This document shows positions 25,244-37,957 of a stretch of 64,000 nucleotides of DNA, piece after piece. The DNA comes from Mobula hypostoma (lineage: Eukaryota). The DNA lies in NCBI RefSeq assembly GCF_963921235.1, contig NC_086108.1:34908001-34972000 (forward strand), written 5' to 3'. The translations under genes were made by a program, and so were the position numbers. Each line of letters begins with the position of its first letter. The stretch's first letter is position 1. The notes under the pieces are model-generated. The model searched no databases. It saw nothing but the letters and a program-made list of their open reading frames with translations, and was not told where the DNA came from.

Positions 25244-28200
25244 GCTCTTGTGGGAATTTTCACTCGTTAACACTGGGACTGTTGGATCTTACCTTTGTTG
25301 GATGATATCAAATTCTCTGCAATGTGCTTTAATCATTTGCAAAGTTTCACACCAAATTTCATGACCATTATTCTAACCGTTGTGTTTTTGATCTGGGGAG
25401 ATTCATGTCAAGGTTTAAACACAAGGTTAGTTGCAGAATATTCTGTGCAACCTTCTTTTTGTGGAGAGTAGTTTGGCTCCGAGCTGACCTTTAAGCCCAG
25501 CGGAGATTTGATGTTGTATCACCATTTGAAAGATCACAATCACTAGTGCTGCTTTAAAAGGATACGTCTTTCCAATGGTCACTTGGAAGATGATAGAAAA
25601 CTAATGGAGAATGCAATTTTTTTTTAAATTGGGGCATTGAAATTACACTGGAGGTCAAGTTGCTTGGGTAATTGATCTAACTCTCTCCTATTTTTAACAA
25701 TACAGTTAGCCTATTTATTTTAAACAACAGAGCACCTCTGGTAAAGCAGCAGAGATTCTCATTTCAGATCAGCACACCATCTGTCAGACTTCCCAGTCTA
25801 CAATGTTAGCTTGTGGGCTCGATTCTAAAGGTAAAGCTAGAGAAGTCAACAAATCTGGCCTCTCTTCCAACTGTTCAACAAAGTTGCTAATTAATCTTTA
25901 ACCGCTTGCAAAGCCTGTAAGCAATAATCTAACACTAAGTGCCTCAATTTCGCCTTGTGCGCAGAAACCTTGCCACAGTAAATTTGGTTTGGTGAGCACC
26001 TCACTAAATATTTTTCCTTACAATTTACTTCCTGCAAGCCATCAGAAAAGTGAAGTAAATATCATGTTCTGTTAGGGGTATGTGGTGGGAAGAATGGTGA
26101 AACCTAAAAACGAACAGTACAAGGGAAACTCTCTGCAAGTGAATGAAACTTAATGTAGTTGTTGTTTTAGGAAATAAGAATTTATTTTAGGTTAATATTA
26201 TTACATTGATTATGAAATCAAAACTTTATAAAACATATCATTTTATTAAAAAAAAGTCCAGATGTCGTACCGGCTTAATTATGTATTTCAAAAAGCTTTT
26301 ATTCTCTTTCAAAAACTGGATCATTTAAGTGCACCATAATTTGCTAACATGCCAGTTAAGCATCTATTAATTAGCTACTTCCTGTATAAATGGAACCTAC
26401 ACATTTAGACTAACTCATGTTGTGCTGCTCTCCTGAATCCCAGTCTAGACAGGAGCTATTTCCAAAGGTATTTTGGTGAATAGTTTTATTTAATTTTGTT
26501 CTTATTTTCTAGTTTACTAATTTTAATTATTTCGATTAGTTTCGTGAAAATACAATGAATCCTCTCGTTCACCCCAATCCTCACATCTACCTCATGGCCC
26601 TCTTCACAGTTTTTGCTTTGGGAAGTCTGAAGAGGGAAGTGTGTATTCAATATGGGTTTCAGCATATCACTGCCCAAACTCTCCACTTAAGACACACAGT
26701 GTGTGGAGTATTGCATTGGGAGTCTTGTTTTAATGAGAGTTACATTCTTTAAAGTGGTGTGCGAGGGTCGGGAATTGCCTTTGGGAGGAAGCTTTCCCAA
26801 TCAGTGTCAATCTTTTGGAAACCTGTGAGCTACTGATTTCTGTAGAATGGATCTGAAAATGTGATTGGTATTTCAAATTTAGTGGTTTCATTCAAACACA
26901 AATGTTAACACTTAAAACCTGTAGTGTTTATTTGCTTTATTTTATAAATTGAAATCTTTTTAAAAAATTGTGGTTTTCTTTGCGATTTTAATTGTGTTGG
27001 GCATAGTCTCTCTCTGAATCGCTTTGAATGATTTATCGGTGCTAGCCTTAATTAGATTGCCATTGTAATTTGTAACGTTTCAGGTATCACCCTTACTTTA
27101 TAATTCACTCACACGTGCGGTATTATTGTATAATTAGGCAATCTACAGCTGAGGAAGAGGGAACTAGAAAATTAATCATCCACAATTTTGTTTAATTTCA
27201 TAGTACATGTATTGTTGTGATGAGGCAAATTGCATTAACAATTCAATTTATCTCATATTTTTGACGAGTTCAGAAGAGACAGCATTAAACCTTTTGCCTG
27301 TCATGTTTTTAGTTTCGGAGTGAGAGTCGCCATCAATTTTAAGGTGATTTTAAAATCAGTATTGTTACTGGCCCACTACTAAATGAAATTTGATTAACAC
27401 TTGAAAGAGTAAAGTTTGCAAAGCTTCTCGAAAGGCGTAGAGCTATTAGTTAAGGCCTTTCAAACAAAAAGTGGGCTCAATCTGTGCTGTGAGAGCACCC
27501 CCTTCATATCTTTTAATATAAAATATAAGTTCATTAAAAACGTTATATTTTGTTCAAACTGACTTTCCCATTGAGTTAACCAGAGGAAAATAAGTTGATT
27601 TTTCCCCCATCAGATGTTTTGCTAAATGAAAATTTTGAAATGCATCTGTTTCTTTTCACGGTTTTGACCATTGAATTGTTGAGAACCAAGTCGAAGTTGC
27701 ATTGGTGCAGATTTAGTGGGAAGGGGAAATTTCACGGAATTTATTTGGCCATTTGATCCCTGATCCCTGGTTTCTCATCAGCAAACACTAACTATTGCAG
27801 TACGCTATAATGTGACCAATAATTTCCTATTAGTACTGGTAAAGATAGAAGCAGAAATGGTAGGGATATGGAAAGGGTCTCGGAGAACTATCTTATTTTT
27901 TTATGGGAAAAAGCAAATGATAAAATACTGGATGTACATGCAAAATGTTGATTTCAAGTCTCCTCAATATTCACACTTGTCAGTCCTACACTAAGGCTGC
28001 AGTCACCATTCAGAAATGGTTTAATGGGCAGGTATGCTGAAAGGGCTCGATGCCTTGTTGAAGGTTCACCCTCTCAAAAAATGCTGGGGCATTGGCTTCT
28101 GAGACAGAGATCATAAATTGCCGGATGCTGTGAAGAATTGCATAGGTGTCATGTTATTCTTCCTACCAAAGTGTGCATAAAAGGCCTTGAGTTCATCAGG

Positions 28201-28649
28201 GAGTGAGGTATCACCTAGCATTTATGCTGTTAGGTTTCGTCATGTGCCAGTGATAATAAACCTGATTCTGATTAGTAAGTAATGGCATGTGAATACTGCC
28301 ATAGCTATCAAGATCCAGTTGTGTCTATAACTTTGCATGGGATTGCCCTTTTGCTCTCACAATGCCCTAACACAGTTTGCATCTGGACTTCTTGTCGGAT
28401 TCTGAATCACTAGTCTTGAACACCACAGATGTAGCCCTCAGCAGCCCTCCTGGTTCATCTAGGTCTTCCGATTCAGGAAGTTCAGTATGTTTTTGAAGAC
28501 ACACACCCATCCACACAGGTCTTACTGGAATCAGTAATAGATGTGAATTGCAAGACCCCTCTATTCCTCTGCCATTAACCCTGTATCCTGCCTTCAATTT
28601 CAACCTTCCAATGTGGATCACTTCAACTCTTCCGATCAAAATTTACAGA

Positions 28650-29097
28650 ATTCGTGCAATTTTTTACCGGATTTACAGTGGAGAGCAATCTGACTGTTTG
28701 CCTCACAGCCTGGTGTGGAGTCTCCAATGCACAGAATTACATGAGGCTGCAGAGGTTTGTAGTCTCAGCCAGCACCATCATGGGCACAACCCCCTTCACC
28801 ATTGAGGGTGTCTTCAAGAAGGCAAGCCTCCATCATTAAGGACTTCTCACCACTGTCGTCAAGGAGAAAGTGCAAGAGTCTGAAGTCCCACACTGAGTGA
28901 TTCAGGAACAGCTTCTTCCCCTCCATTATCAGATTCCTGAATTCTCCGCAAATTCCTGAACGCTGCTACATTATTCCTTTTTCCTTACTCTACTTACTTT
29001 GCAATTTATGGTAATTTTATATATTTGCACTGTACTGCTGCCACATAATAACCTAATTTACATCAAAAAAGACAGTGATAATAAGCCTTATTCTGAT
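28650..29097 (+). mobile_element. Rex/Babar-like LINE 3' fragment
   Basis: Decayed ...ES.LT.C.TAW.G... and ...FRNSFFPS.IR.LN motifs; tail gcactgtactgctgccac...aataagccttattctga. Confidence 0.7.
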
Positions 29098-30519
29098 AAC
29101 TTTCTAACTTCATATGCTTCAGCAATGTCGAGAGGTGTGCAACCTTGTATCCCCTCTAAACGCTAATCTGTGTTAAATTTATTGCAAGCTTCATTCTTCT
29201 GCCATTGCATGAGTTTAATGAGACCCATGCTTAACTGAACATCTCATTTGCCTTTCTTATCAGTGCAGTGCCTTTCCACAAAGAGAATTTTATATAAGGG
29301 TATGATATGAAGGTTGATAAGTTCAAGAGTTAAAATCCTTTGCCCACCTGTTCAGTCTATTATGTTTCTGAAAAAGCGTGTCACATCAGAATTAAGTTTG
29401 GAGTGAATTTAACTCCTGACTTTGCATGCTGAAGGAATCTCACCAGTGTTAGTTGCCTCACGTGTTTTGCACATCTAGAAGAAGAGATATCAACTTGCAC
29501 AGTGAGACTGTGACATCATTAATTCGAAGGAGGGGATCACCATAAATCCTGAGGTAGTCTTGAGAGAGTCAATCAAGTGGATTTAGTAACAGGATGATCT
29601 GTAACAAGATGAGATAAGTGTACATGAACGTTAGATGGATCAGGTGAGACAAAGGGCCTATTTCTGTGTTGTATGACCCTATGACTTGTTTTGAATGATT
29701 TGTCATTCCCGCTTCAGTTGTAGAAACTTTCCAGAAATCTAATTTCTCTGCAGATAACAAATCCTTTTTGCCCACAAAATACTGGATTGTGAATCTTCTG
29801 TCTCCTTGTGGATGTTCTAAATCAGTGCAGTCTACCGGAAGAAGAAACATTTTCTCACATTGGCACTGATATAATTTTCAGTACCTAAATGCAAGAACAT
29901 CTTCAGTTATAATTCCTTGCTCAGAAAATACACGGAGATCTTAATTCTATGTGCTGTAGACAATACTTACTCTGGAAAAATATGTGCTTGATTTATTAAC
30001 ACGTGGTAACATTGTAGTGAGTTTTGCAGCAAGCAGGGATATTCTCACCTTGAATGGCATTAATATAGGCACAGTAGGTCATTATGATACCAGGTTTCAG
30101 TTCAAACAATGTACAAAAAGTGGGATAACTATCTATTAATGCCAGGCTATAAGGATAAGCTTCAAACTCCTCTTGACTAGTGCAAAAATCTTATACACAT
30201 TCAAGGCTGTTTGATGCAGACCTCTCACAGTCAAACAGGCCTCAACTGGACAGCTGAATGTGCTGCAGTGTTGGGGAACCCGGCTTGCCTGGGATCTGCA
30301 GTGCAGAAGCCCAAATCATTAAATTCAGTAAGGCAAATTCTCCAAGGAGTTCACTGGTCTTTACTTCGCCCAGTCTCCTGTCCCCTGCTTCACCCCTGAC
30401 CTTCATTACTTCTCATGTTTCACAGGTATCTCATTACAGTCTGATACCTTTCCACTCCACTGGTCTCTGGCCTACTTAAATATCTGGTCCCGAATGTTCG
30501 CTGGCCCTTTCCAAAAATC

Positions 30520-30566
30520 CCCTTACCTCCACCTCAGATCCTTCTCCTGTTCCTTCCTGACTTCTT

Positions 30567-30607
<41 letters not shown>

Positions 30608-30787
30608 TCTTTCCCTGTTGTCCCCCCACCACCACCCATAGCCCCTCTCTGTTTCACACTTTCTCTTATTTTTCCCTCTGTCCCTCTCATTCTCTCTTCT
30701 ATTGCCTCTTGCTCTCTCGCTCTCTCTCTCACCTGCCCCCCACCCCCATCTCCATCTCCCTCTCCATCTCTTTCGACTTTCTTTTAG
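30520..30787 (+). repeat. Polypyrimidine / (CT)n low-complexity tract
   Basis: About 270 nt almost entirely C and T, including (CT)n runs. Confidence 0.9.
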
Positions 30788-31530
30788 GCTTGTGGTATGA
30801 GTAAGGTAAGATTTTTAAAAATTGGTTTACTTTAATGGTTTTAATTTATCTTTTAATGAAATTTAGTTGTGAATATGTTAATATTTTATCATTGACATCA
30901 GTTTTAGTAGTTTTTGAACTTTGAATGCTTTTTAAAATATTTTCTGAATAATACTAATCCAAGATTCACAGTGGTGACAGAAGGCAACTTTGGCTTGTGA
31001 CAAAGCTTAACCAGTGTATCTGAGGGGAAAGTCTGGATTTCAGTGCTCCAGACCAAGTGATTCATAGAACACATTGTCCACCTTTTAGGTGTGTTTGGCC
31101 ATCTGCCTCCAGATCAAGTAAGTGGATAGGTAGTAAGTCTGGAAATCCAAAAAGATCCTCCTATAAATTTTGCTTCTCTCTGCATTGATGCTGCCTAACC
31201 TGCTGAGTATTCATCACTATTTTGCATCAACCCCATTACATATATGTTGTGAGCTGTCACATTCACAGTTTACTCCCCTAAAGTGGCAGCACAACCTCAG
31301 GTGAAAGGCTCAAATCTATTACTGTTTGATTTATTTTCTCATAATAATTCTGTTGTTGAATGGAAGAACAAACAGAGCCAAACATGTGGGAGTGATAGCC
31401 TATGACTCTTGGCGTTCTGAACCATATCTTTGCCATACATCTTCATTGGACATGTTTTCCCAGTTAACCTAATTAAAGTTTAAAAAGGGTAAATAATGGG
31501 GATACTCAAGAGGTCAGGCAGCGTTCATTC

Positions 31531-33265
31531 AAACCATAAGACTAAGGAATAGAATTAGGCTATTCAGACCATCAAGTCTGCTCCACCATTCCATCATGGC
31601 TGATTTATTATCCCTCTCAACCCTATTCTCCTGCCTTCTCCCCGTAACCTTTGATACCCTGATTAATCAAGAACCTTTGAACTTCCGCTTTAAATATACC
31701 CATTGACTTGGCCTGCACAGCTGTCTGGGGCAAAGAATTCTACAAATTCACCACCCTCTGGCTAAAGAAATTTTTCCTCATTTTTGTTCAAAATGGATTT
31801 CCCTCATTTCTGAGCCTGTGTCCTCTGGTCCAAGACTTTTCCACTGCAGGAAACATCCACTCCACTCTATCCAGACCTTTCAATATTCGATAGGTTTCAA
31901 TGAGATCCCTCACCTCCCTCATTCATCTAAACTCCCGCAAATACAGACCCAGAGCCATCAAATGCTCCTCATACAGGAAGCCTTTCATTCCTGGGGTCAT
32001 TCCTGTGAACCTCCTCCGGGCACTGTCCAGTGGCAGCACATCTTAAATAAGAGGGCCAGGCTGTCCACAATACTCCAAGAGCAGCTCTGACCAATACCTC
32101 ATAAGGCCTCAGCATTACATCTTTGCTTTTGTATTCTAGTGCTCTCGAAATGAATACGAACATTGCATTTGCCTTCCTTACCATGGACCCAACCTGCAAG
32201 TTAACTTTTAGGGAATCCTGCGTGAGGATTTCCAAGTCCCTCTGCACCTCTGCTTTGTGAATTTTTTCCCCCATTTACAAAATATTCCATGCCTTTATTC
32301 CTTCTGCCAATGCGCATGACCTTGCACTTCACTACATTATATTCAACCTGCCACTTCTTTGCCCATTCCCCCATTCTGTCTAAGTCCTTCTGTAGGTACC
32401 CTGCTTCCTCAACACTACCTGCCATTCCACCTATCTTCGTATTGTCCGCAAACTTGACCACAATGTAATCACTTCCTTCCTCCAAATCACTGGCATACAA
32501 CATGAAAAGAAGCAGTCGCAGCACTAACTCCTGCAGAATATCCCTAGTCATCAGCAGCCAACCAGAAGAGGCCTCCTTTTTTCCCACTCTTTGCCTCCTG
32601 CCAGTCAGCCAATCTTCTATCCATTCTAGTACTTTTCCATAATACCATAGCAGCCTCGTGTGCGGCACCTTGACAAAGGCCTTCAGAAAATCCAGATAAA
32701 CAACATCCATTGACTTTCCTTTGTCTATCCAAAAAGAATTCCAACAGAATTGTCAGTCACGATTTCCCCTTGAGGAATCCATGCTGACTTGGGCCTATTC
32801 TATCATGTGCCTCCAAATACCCTGAAACCTCATCTTTCCAATCACTGAAGTCAGGCTAACTTGTCTATAATTTCCTTTCTTCTGCCTCCCTCCCTTCTTA
32901 AAGAGTGGACTGACATTTGTCAGTTTCCAGTTTTCAGGAACCATTCCAGAATCTAGTGATTCTTGAAAGATCACAACTAATGCATCCACAATCGCTTCAG
33001 CTACCTCTTTCAGAACACTGGGGTGTAACTCATCTGGTCCGGGTGACTCATCCACTGTCAGACTTTTCAGATTCCCAACTACCTTCTCTTCAGTAAAGTC
33101 AACGACACTCACTTCTGCCCCCTGACACTCTGTAATTTCTGACATTCTGCTGGTGTCTTCCTCAGTGAAGGCTGACATAATATACTTAATAAGTTCCTCT
33201 TTTTTGTATATAGACAATATACTTGCTAGGTTCCCCCATTACTAGCTCTTTAGCTTCATTTTCCA
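31531..33265 (-). mobile_element. CR1 LINE, 5'-truncated RT region
   Basis: ORF fragments with SPGPDELHP, NYRQVSLTS, VYLDFLKAF, KFADNTK and QRDL; frameshifted; tail accataagac at 31533. Confidence 0.92.
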
Positions 33266-35096
33266 GAGAGAAACTGCACTAATATTTCAGGTCGAGGGCT
33301 GCAGGAAAGAGAAAACCCATGATAGAACACTGCTGCCTTATGTTCATCCTGTGTTGCATTTGCTGGTTAGTGCCACTTTGGTAGTCTGCAGGATCAATAA
33401 GAGAGAAGACATATCTTGTGTTTAAATCCGGGTTTATGCAAATAAAAATGCATGTGAAAATCCAGTGGGTTGGGATAGCTGCAAAAGGGTATAAAGGAAT
33501 TAACCAATAATCCGAAAAGGGGCAAGCAAGTAGGAAAGCTAACAGGACTTTTATTGGAATTGATGGTCATGGAAGGGAGTGTGGCCTTTTAGAGGCAGAA
33601 ACTGTCTAATAGTGGATGGTGGAAATGGGCAAAATACAAGCAATGCAAAGGAATTAGCCAGAAAATGATGAATCTACCATATCTAAGGTAAAGACCTCCC
33701 AACTTCGGTCTGGTCAAGAAACGAGCTACCTATTGCACCCCCTGTTCATTTTACTGTGGAATGTTCTATACGATATATAGAGGGTTAAGGTAACATCATG
33801 AGGCACTGAAAAAGCTGGGCTGTAATGTTTCGAGTTTTGTCAGTTCAATGGTGATTTAAAGCTCTTTTTTAAATGATAAAGGAATACAACAAGGAAGACA
33901 GAAGGAAACTATTTTATCTGCTGGGGGAATTGGAGCAAAAGATTATGATGTTGCAGGGCTCCTAGAAGTGAAACTTCCTGCACAAAAGGCAGGGTCACTT
34001 GAAATTTGCAAAACCAGGCTGAATAAAAGTTGTGAGTCAGGGAATCAAAGGGAAAAGCACCAACACTCATCCCGGAATAAAGGAATTTCTGTGTTGTACT
34101 CCTTCAGTCAAAGTGGACCAGAAGAATTGTTTTCCTCGGATAAATAGAATGTGGCACCTCAGACAGGGATCACCGAATCCATCACACCTAGTCCTATCAC
34201 TGACCACTGTTGAACAGATGTACTGGTGCTTAGAATGTTAACATCTAATGTTAATAAATGGCCATATTATTTGAACCTTCTGTTATTGCAAATCCTTTCA
34301 TTTATTAACTACAATTCACAATCCTTTTCATTGTATTTATTCTCTCTCAATACTTGAGTAACCATTAGTGCACGAAATAAGAACCTGAGGATTAAAAATA
34401 CATTTATTCTGCAGCTGCTGAACCTCAGTTGCATTGGCGTGTTGCATTCAAAGAACCATGGTGTTTCTGGGCCATGCCCAAACTGATTACTTGATCAGAA
34501 GATTTCAGTTCTGCAGCATTTGATGCTGAGAGAGTTTTATCTGTTTGGTTCTTATTGACTTTCCTACAGTACTACACTACAGATAACAAAAGTATCAGCA
34601 AAAAAAGTGCATGATGAAAGTGTATTGACTTATGTGAATAAAATCCATCTTTGCCCATTTTCCTGGGGTCTCTGGCTCACTGAGCTTCTGTCTTTAAATT
34701 CACCTGCATTTCTAAGACATGACATTTTCCCTGCTTGCATCTTGTGGAACAAGCTAGGGTTGGGGGTACTGGTTTAAAAATAAAAGGTTGCCCATTTAAG
34801 GAAGGGATGAGGCAAAACTGTTTCACTCAGAGGATTGAGTCTTTGGAATGCTCTTCCTCAAAGGCTGGTGGTCACAAAAACTTCTAATAATTTTAAGGAA
34901 AAGGTAGATAGGTTCTTGATAAGGAAGGGAGTGAAAGGCCATAAAATTAGACCAGTAATGCAGAACTGAGATTACCATCTGTTAGGCATGATTTTATTAA
35001 AGGACAAAACAGGCTTGACAGATTGCTGCTTCTAATTTGTATTTTTATTCCTTTTGCATCAAATCGACCTGGATTAATAAATAATGATAGCTGTAC

Positions 35097-35943
35097 TGTC
35101 ACGTACCCCGTGACAGGTTAAAGAACCAGCAGAAATGGAAAACACTTTGGAGTCCAGTATTGCTATTAACTAATGATATTTATTAGCAACTACTCAATAC
35201 AGTAATATAAATGCAGATAAATCAAACAGGTTAGTAATGATTATAGATAAGTAAGTATATCAGTAAGTGTGGAAATATATGAAAACCAAGCTTCTTCAAG
35301 TCTAGGGGTAAATAGATAGTCTTACAATGATGAGTAAAGTTCAGTTCAGTTTGTGGTATTGAGTTGGGTGGTGATGGAGAGAGAGAGGGGGAGAGATTTT
35401 AGTCTTCAGGTGAGCTGACCCCGTCAATCTTCCCGTTGTCTTCTGAAATCCTTTAGAAGTCACTGATCATAACTTCAACAAAAGGGACTGTTCTTCTGTA
35501 GTGGAGTTATCAACCCAGGTGAGGGTTGGGCACACAAACAACTCCCCACCGCTCACACCCTGTTCACACTGCGAGAGCCACTGATGGATCTGCCGAATCG
35601 ATCCTCTAAAACCCACTTTTTCTGTGGGCACAACAAAGCTCATTCAATGTCCAAAATCATGTGTCTCAGGTCTATCATCTGACCTTCTATTTATCTCCCC
35701 ATACTGAGTACCAACTGTCATTCAAACAGCTCCTCCCTTCTCTGTCTGTAAGAATGTACAAGCAGGCAATGTCCTTGTAGAAAGTATAAACAAACTATGA
35801 GCAGTCTTTCTTTCTCTCTCTCTCTCTCTCTCTGTCTTAAAAACAAGACGTTGGTGTTAAATAACTCTCTCTCTCTTTTCAAAAGCACAGTTCATAGGGG
35901 TAATCGAGCACAGTTCAAAGGGGTAATTCAGGACCCCGTCACA
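35097..35943 (-). mobile_element. Solo LTR (probably Ty3/Gypsy), 847 bp
   Basis: TGTCACG...CGTCACA termini; perfect 4-bp TSD GTAC at 35093-35096 and 35944-35947; a minus-strand AATAAA near 35180 suggests the orientation. Confidence 0.8.
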
Positions 35944-37764
35944 GTACAAATAATAATTGCTGTACACAATGGATTTATTTATTCCAATCCTTCAATAGAA
36001 AACAATGTGATACAAACTCTACGTTAATCTAACAGTGAACATTTTTGAACATCACCTTGAGACATTGCAAATGAGACCTAAATTTTGTATGAACCATCTC
36101 CATTTCCTGCGTCAGGAACGTGAAACATGTCTTGCATTCAAATGTACTGCCATTCTGACTGATAGTTTCATCTTCTTGAAGTCAGTTTTAATTGATTTAC
36201 AGTACCTAGAAAATGCCATATTACAATTTCAAATTAAATAAATTGATGCACATAAAATAAGAAGTAGATTATTAACATTCATGCCCTGGGATTTAGAAAT
36301 GTTAATATACCCAAGGCTGGTAGGTTTAATCTTTAATGTTCATGTTCCTTCTCCACTAAGATATTTCTGCACCTGTGATTGATGTATTAAATCTATTGCC
36401 AGTACAATTTAACATAACCTCTTCTTTTGTTCACAAATTACCTCCAGTTTTTGGATTTTCAGGCACACTTATTAGAAGTGCTGTTGGCAATAGAACCTGA
36501 AAATTACTGGATAGAGGTTCAGATCACAAGTAAATATTTTTAAGTTATCCTTTCTGATCTGTTTTCTTAAATTTAATAAAACGGCAATGTGTCTCGCTAC
36601 ATTCTTTGCAGAGATAGATACATGTCCTATATTCCTTTTTGCACTTTATATCATGAAAAACTTTTAAATCCATTGGTTTTGAGGCATTGTAAAATGAGTA
36701 GATCATTTAGCCCTTTGTTCCTGTTCAGTGGGATCATTAGTAATACATGAGCTGACTGTGCCTAACTCCTCACATTCCTTGACATGTTTGACCATCACTC
36801 TTACATTTAAAACAGTGTTGATCCAGCTCCAGTTGTTGTTTGTAGAAGGTTGCTTCAAACATTTTTTAGACTGTGCTGCATATTCTTAGATTCCTCTGGA
36901 GGAAACAAAATAGCTTGGCCTAGATTAGTTGGATAGATAGAGCCCACCTTTTAACCTGGTACTCAGTCCCATATCCATTTCGACCAGTGTAGATCATGCT
37001 GGAGAATACTTCTGGGGGAAGACTTGCCAGGGGCAAAATTGGACCCCGGAGCAACAAACAGGGGAAGGGTTAGGGTGGAAATGTGAAGCAGCTGTCAGAT
37101 TATCACCAGTAATTAATTTATTTATTCAATTTATAGTACCAACGACACACCTGACTTCTCTCCAGTGTCAAATATACACTAAATTGTGTCATTGTTTTCA
37201 TAATACTTATTCTCCCTTCCCCAATAAAAATGGATTTTAACACTCCACATTGTGATCACAAAGAGAGAAAAGCATGCCACACTCTTGTTGTTGCTCCTTT
37301 AATCTTTATTATTAATTAGACACTCTACTGACATCAGGAGACTTCATTGCACCCACTCAGCAAGCTGATCAGACACTTACCAAAGATCATAGTGTACACT
37401 AAAAGCAACCCTATGTTTTCTCCAGCTGAGATATTAACTCAGCAATAGCACAGTCTGCAGTACTACAGTCTTGGAGAGGTTGGGTCAGGGACCTGCAAGG
37501 GACAATGAAATGGCCACTAAAGAAGCAGCCATTCCCACAGCATCTTTGAAGTTCCCACATTCTACCAAACCCTCGCATGAACAGTATATATGTATGTCTG
37601 GATTCAGCTTTTCCAAGGCCATCATCACTGAGGTAATGGGCATTCTGAGTGAGAATCCTTGACTGCACTTTAACACTGGGATTGTTCTCATTGTGGAGCT
37701 CGGTGTCATGTCCATTCTGTCCTAAAAAGTATAATGCTTTTTGTGTTACTAATTTAATTGGCAT

Positions 37765-37873
37765 CTTTTTATCTAGTTTTGGGACTTACATGAAGATCTG
37801 ATCACATTTTAGGTCATACTTACGCAGAAATAGAAAAAATTCTACAGGGTTCACAAACTTTCTAGCACCGCTG
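37765..37873. mobile_element. Orphan Tc1 TIR fragment
   Basis: ...cagggttcacaaactttctagcaccgctg followed by TA, resembling the reverse complement of the Tc1 left end at 62668. Confidence 0.65.
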
Positions 37874-37957
37874 TAGGTATGACAAAGGTTCTCGAGTACT
37901 ATCTGAGCCATGCTTAAGTTACTTTGAAGTAAATGACATCACATAGTGAAAAGATTG

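Noticed and set aside
29569..29850. Minus-strand ORF as a possible SH2D1B exon
   Set aside because: No SH2 motifs and no clear donor site.
37500..37720. Possible Harbinger transposase remnant (FSKAIITEVMGIL)
   Set aside because: Similarity too short, with no TIRs or catalytic motifs.
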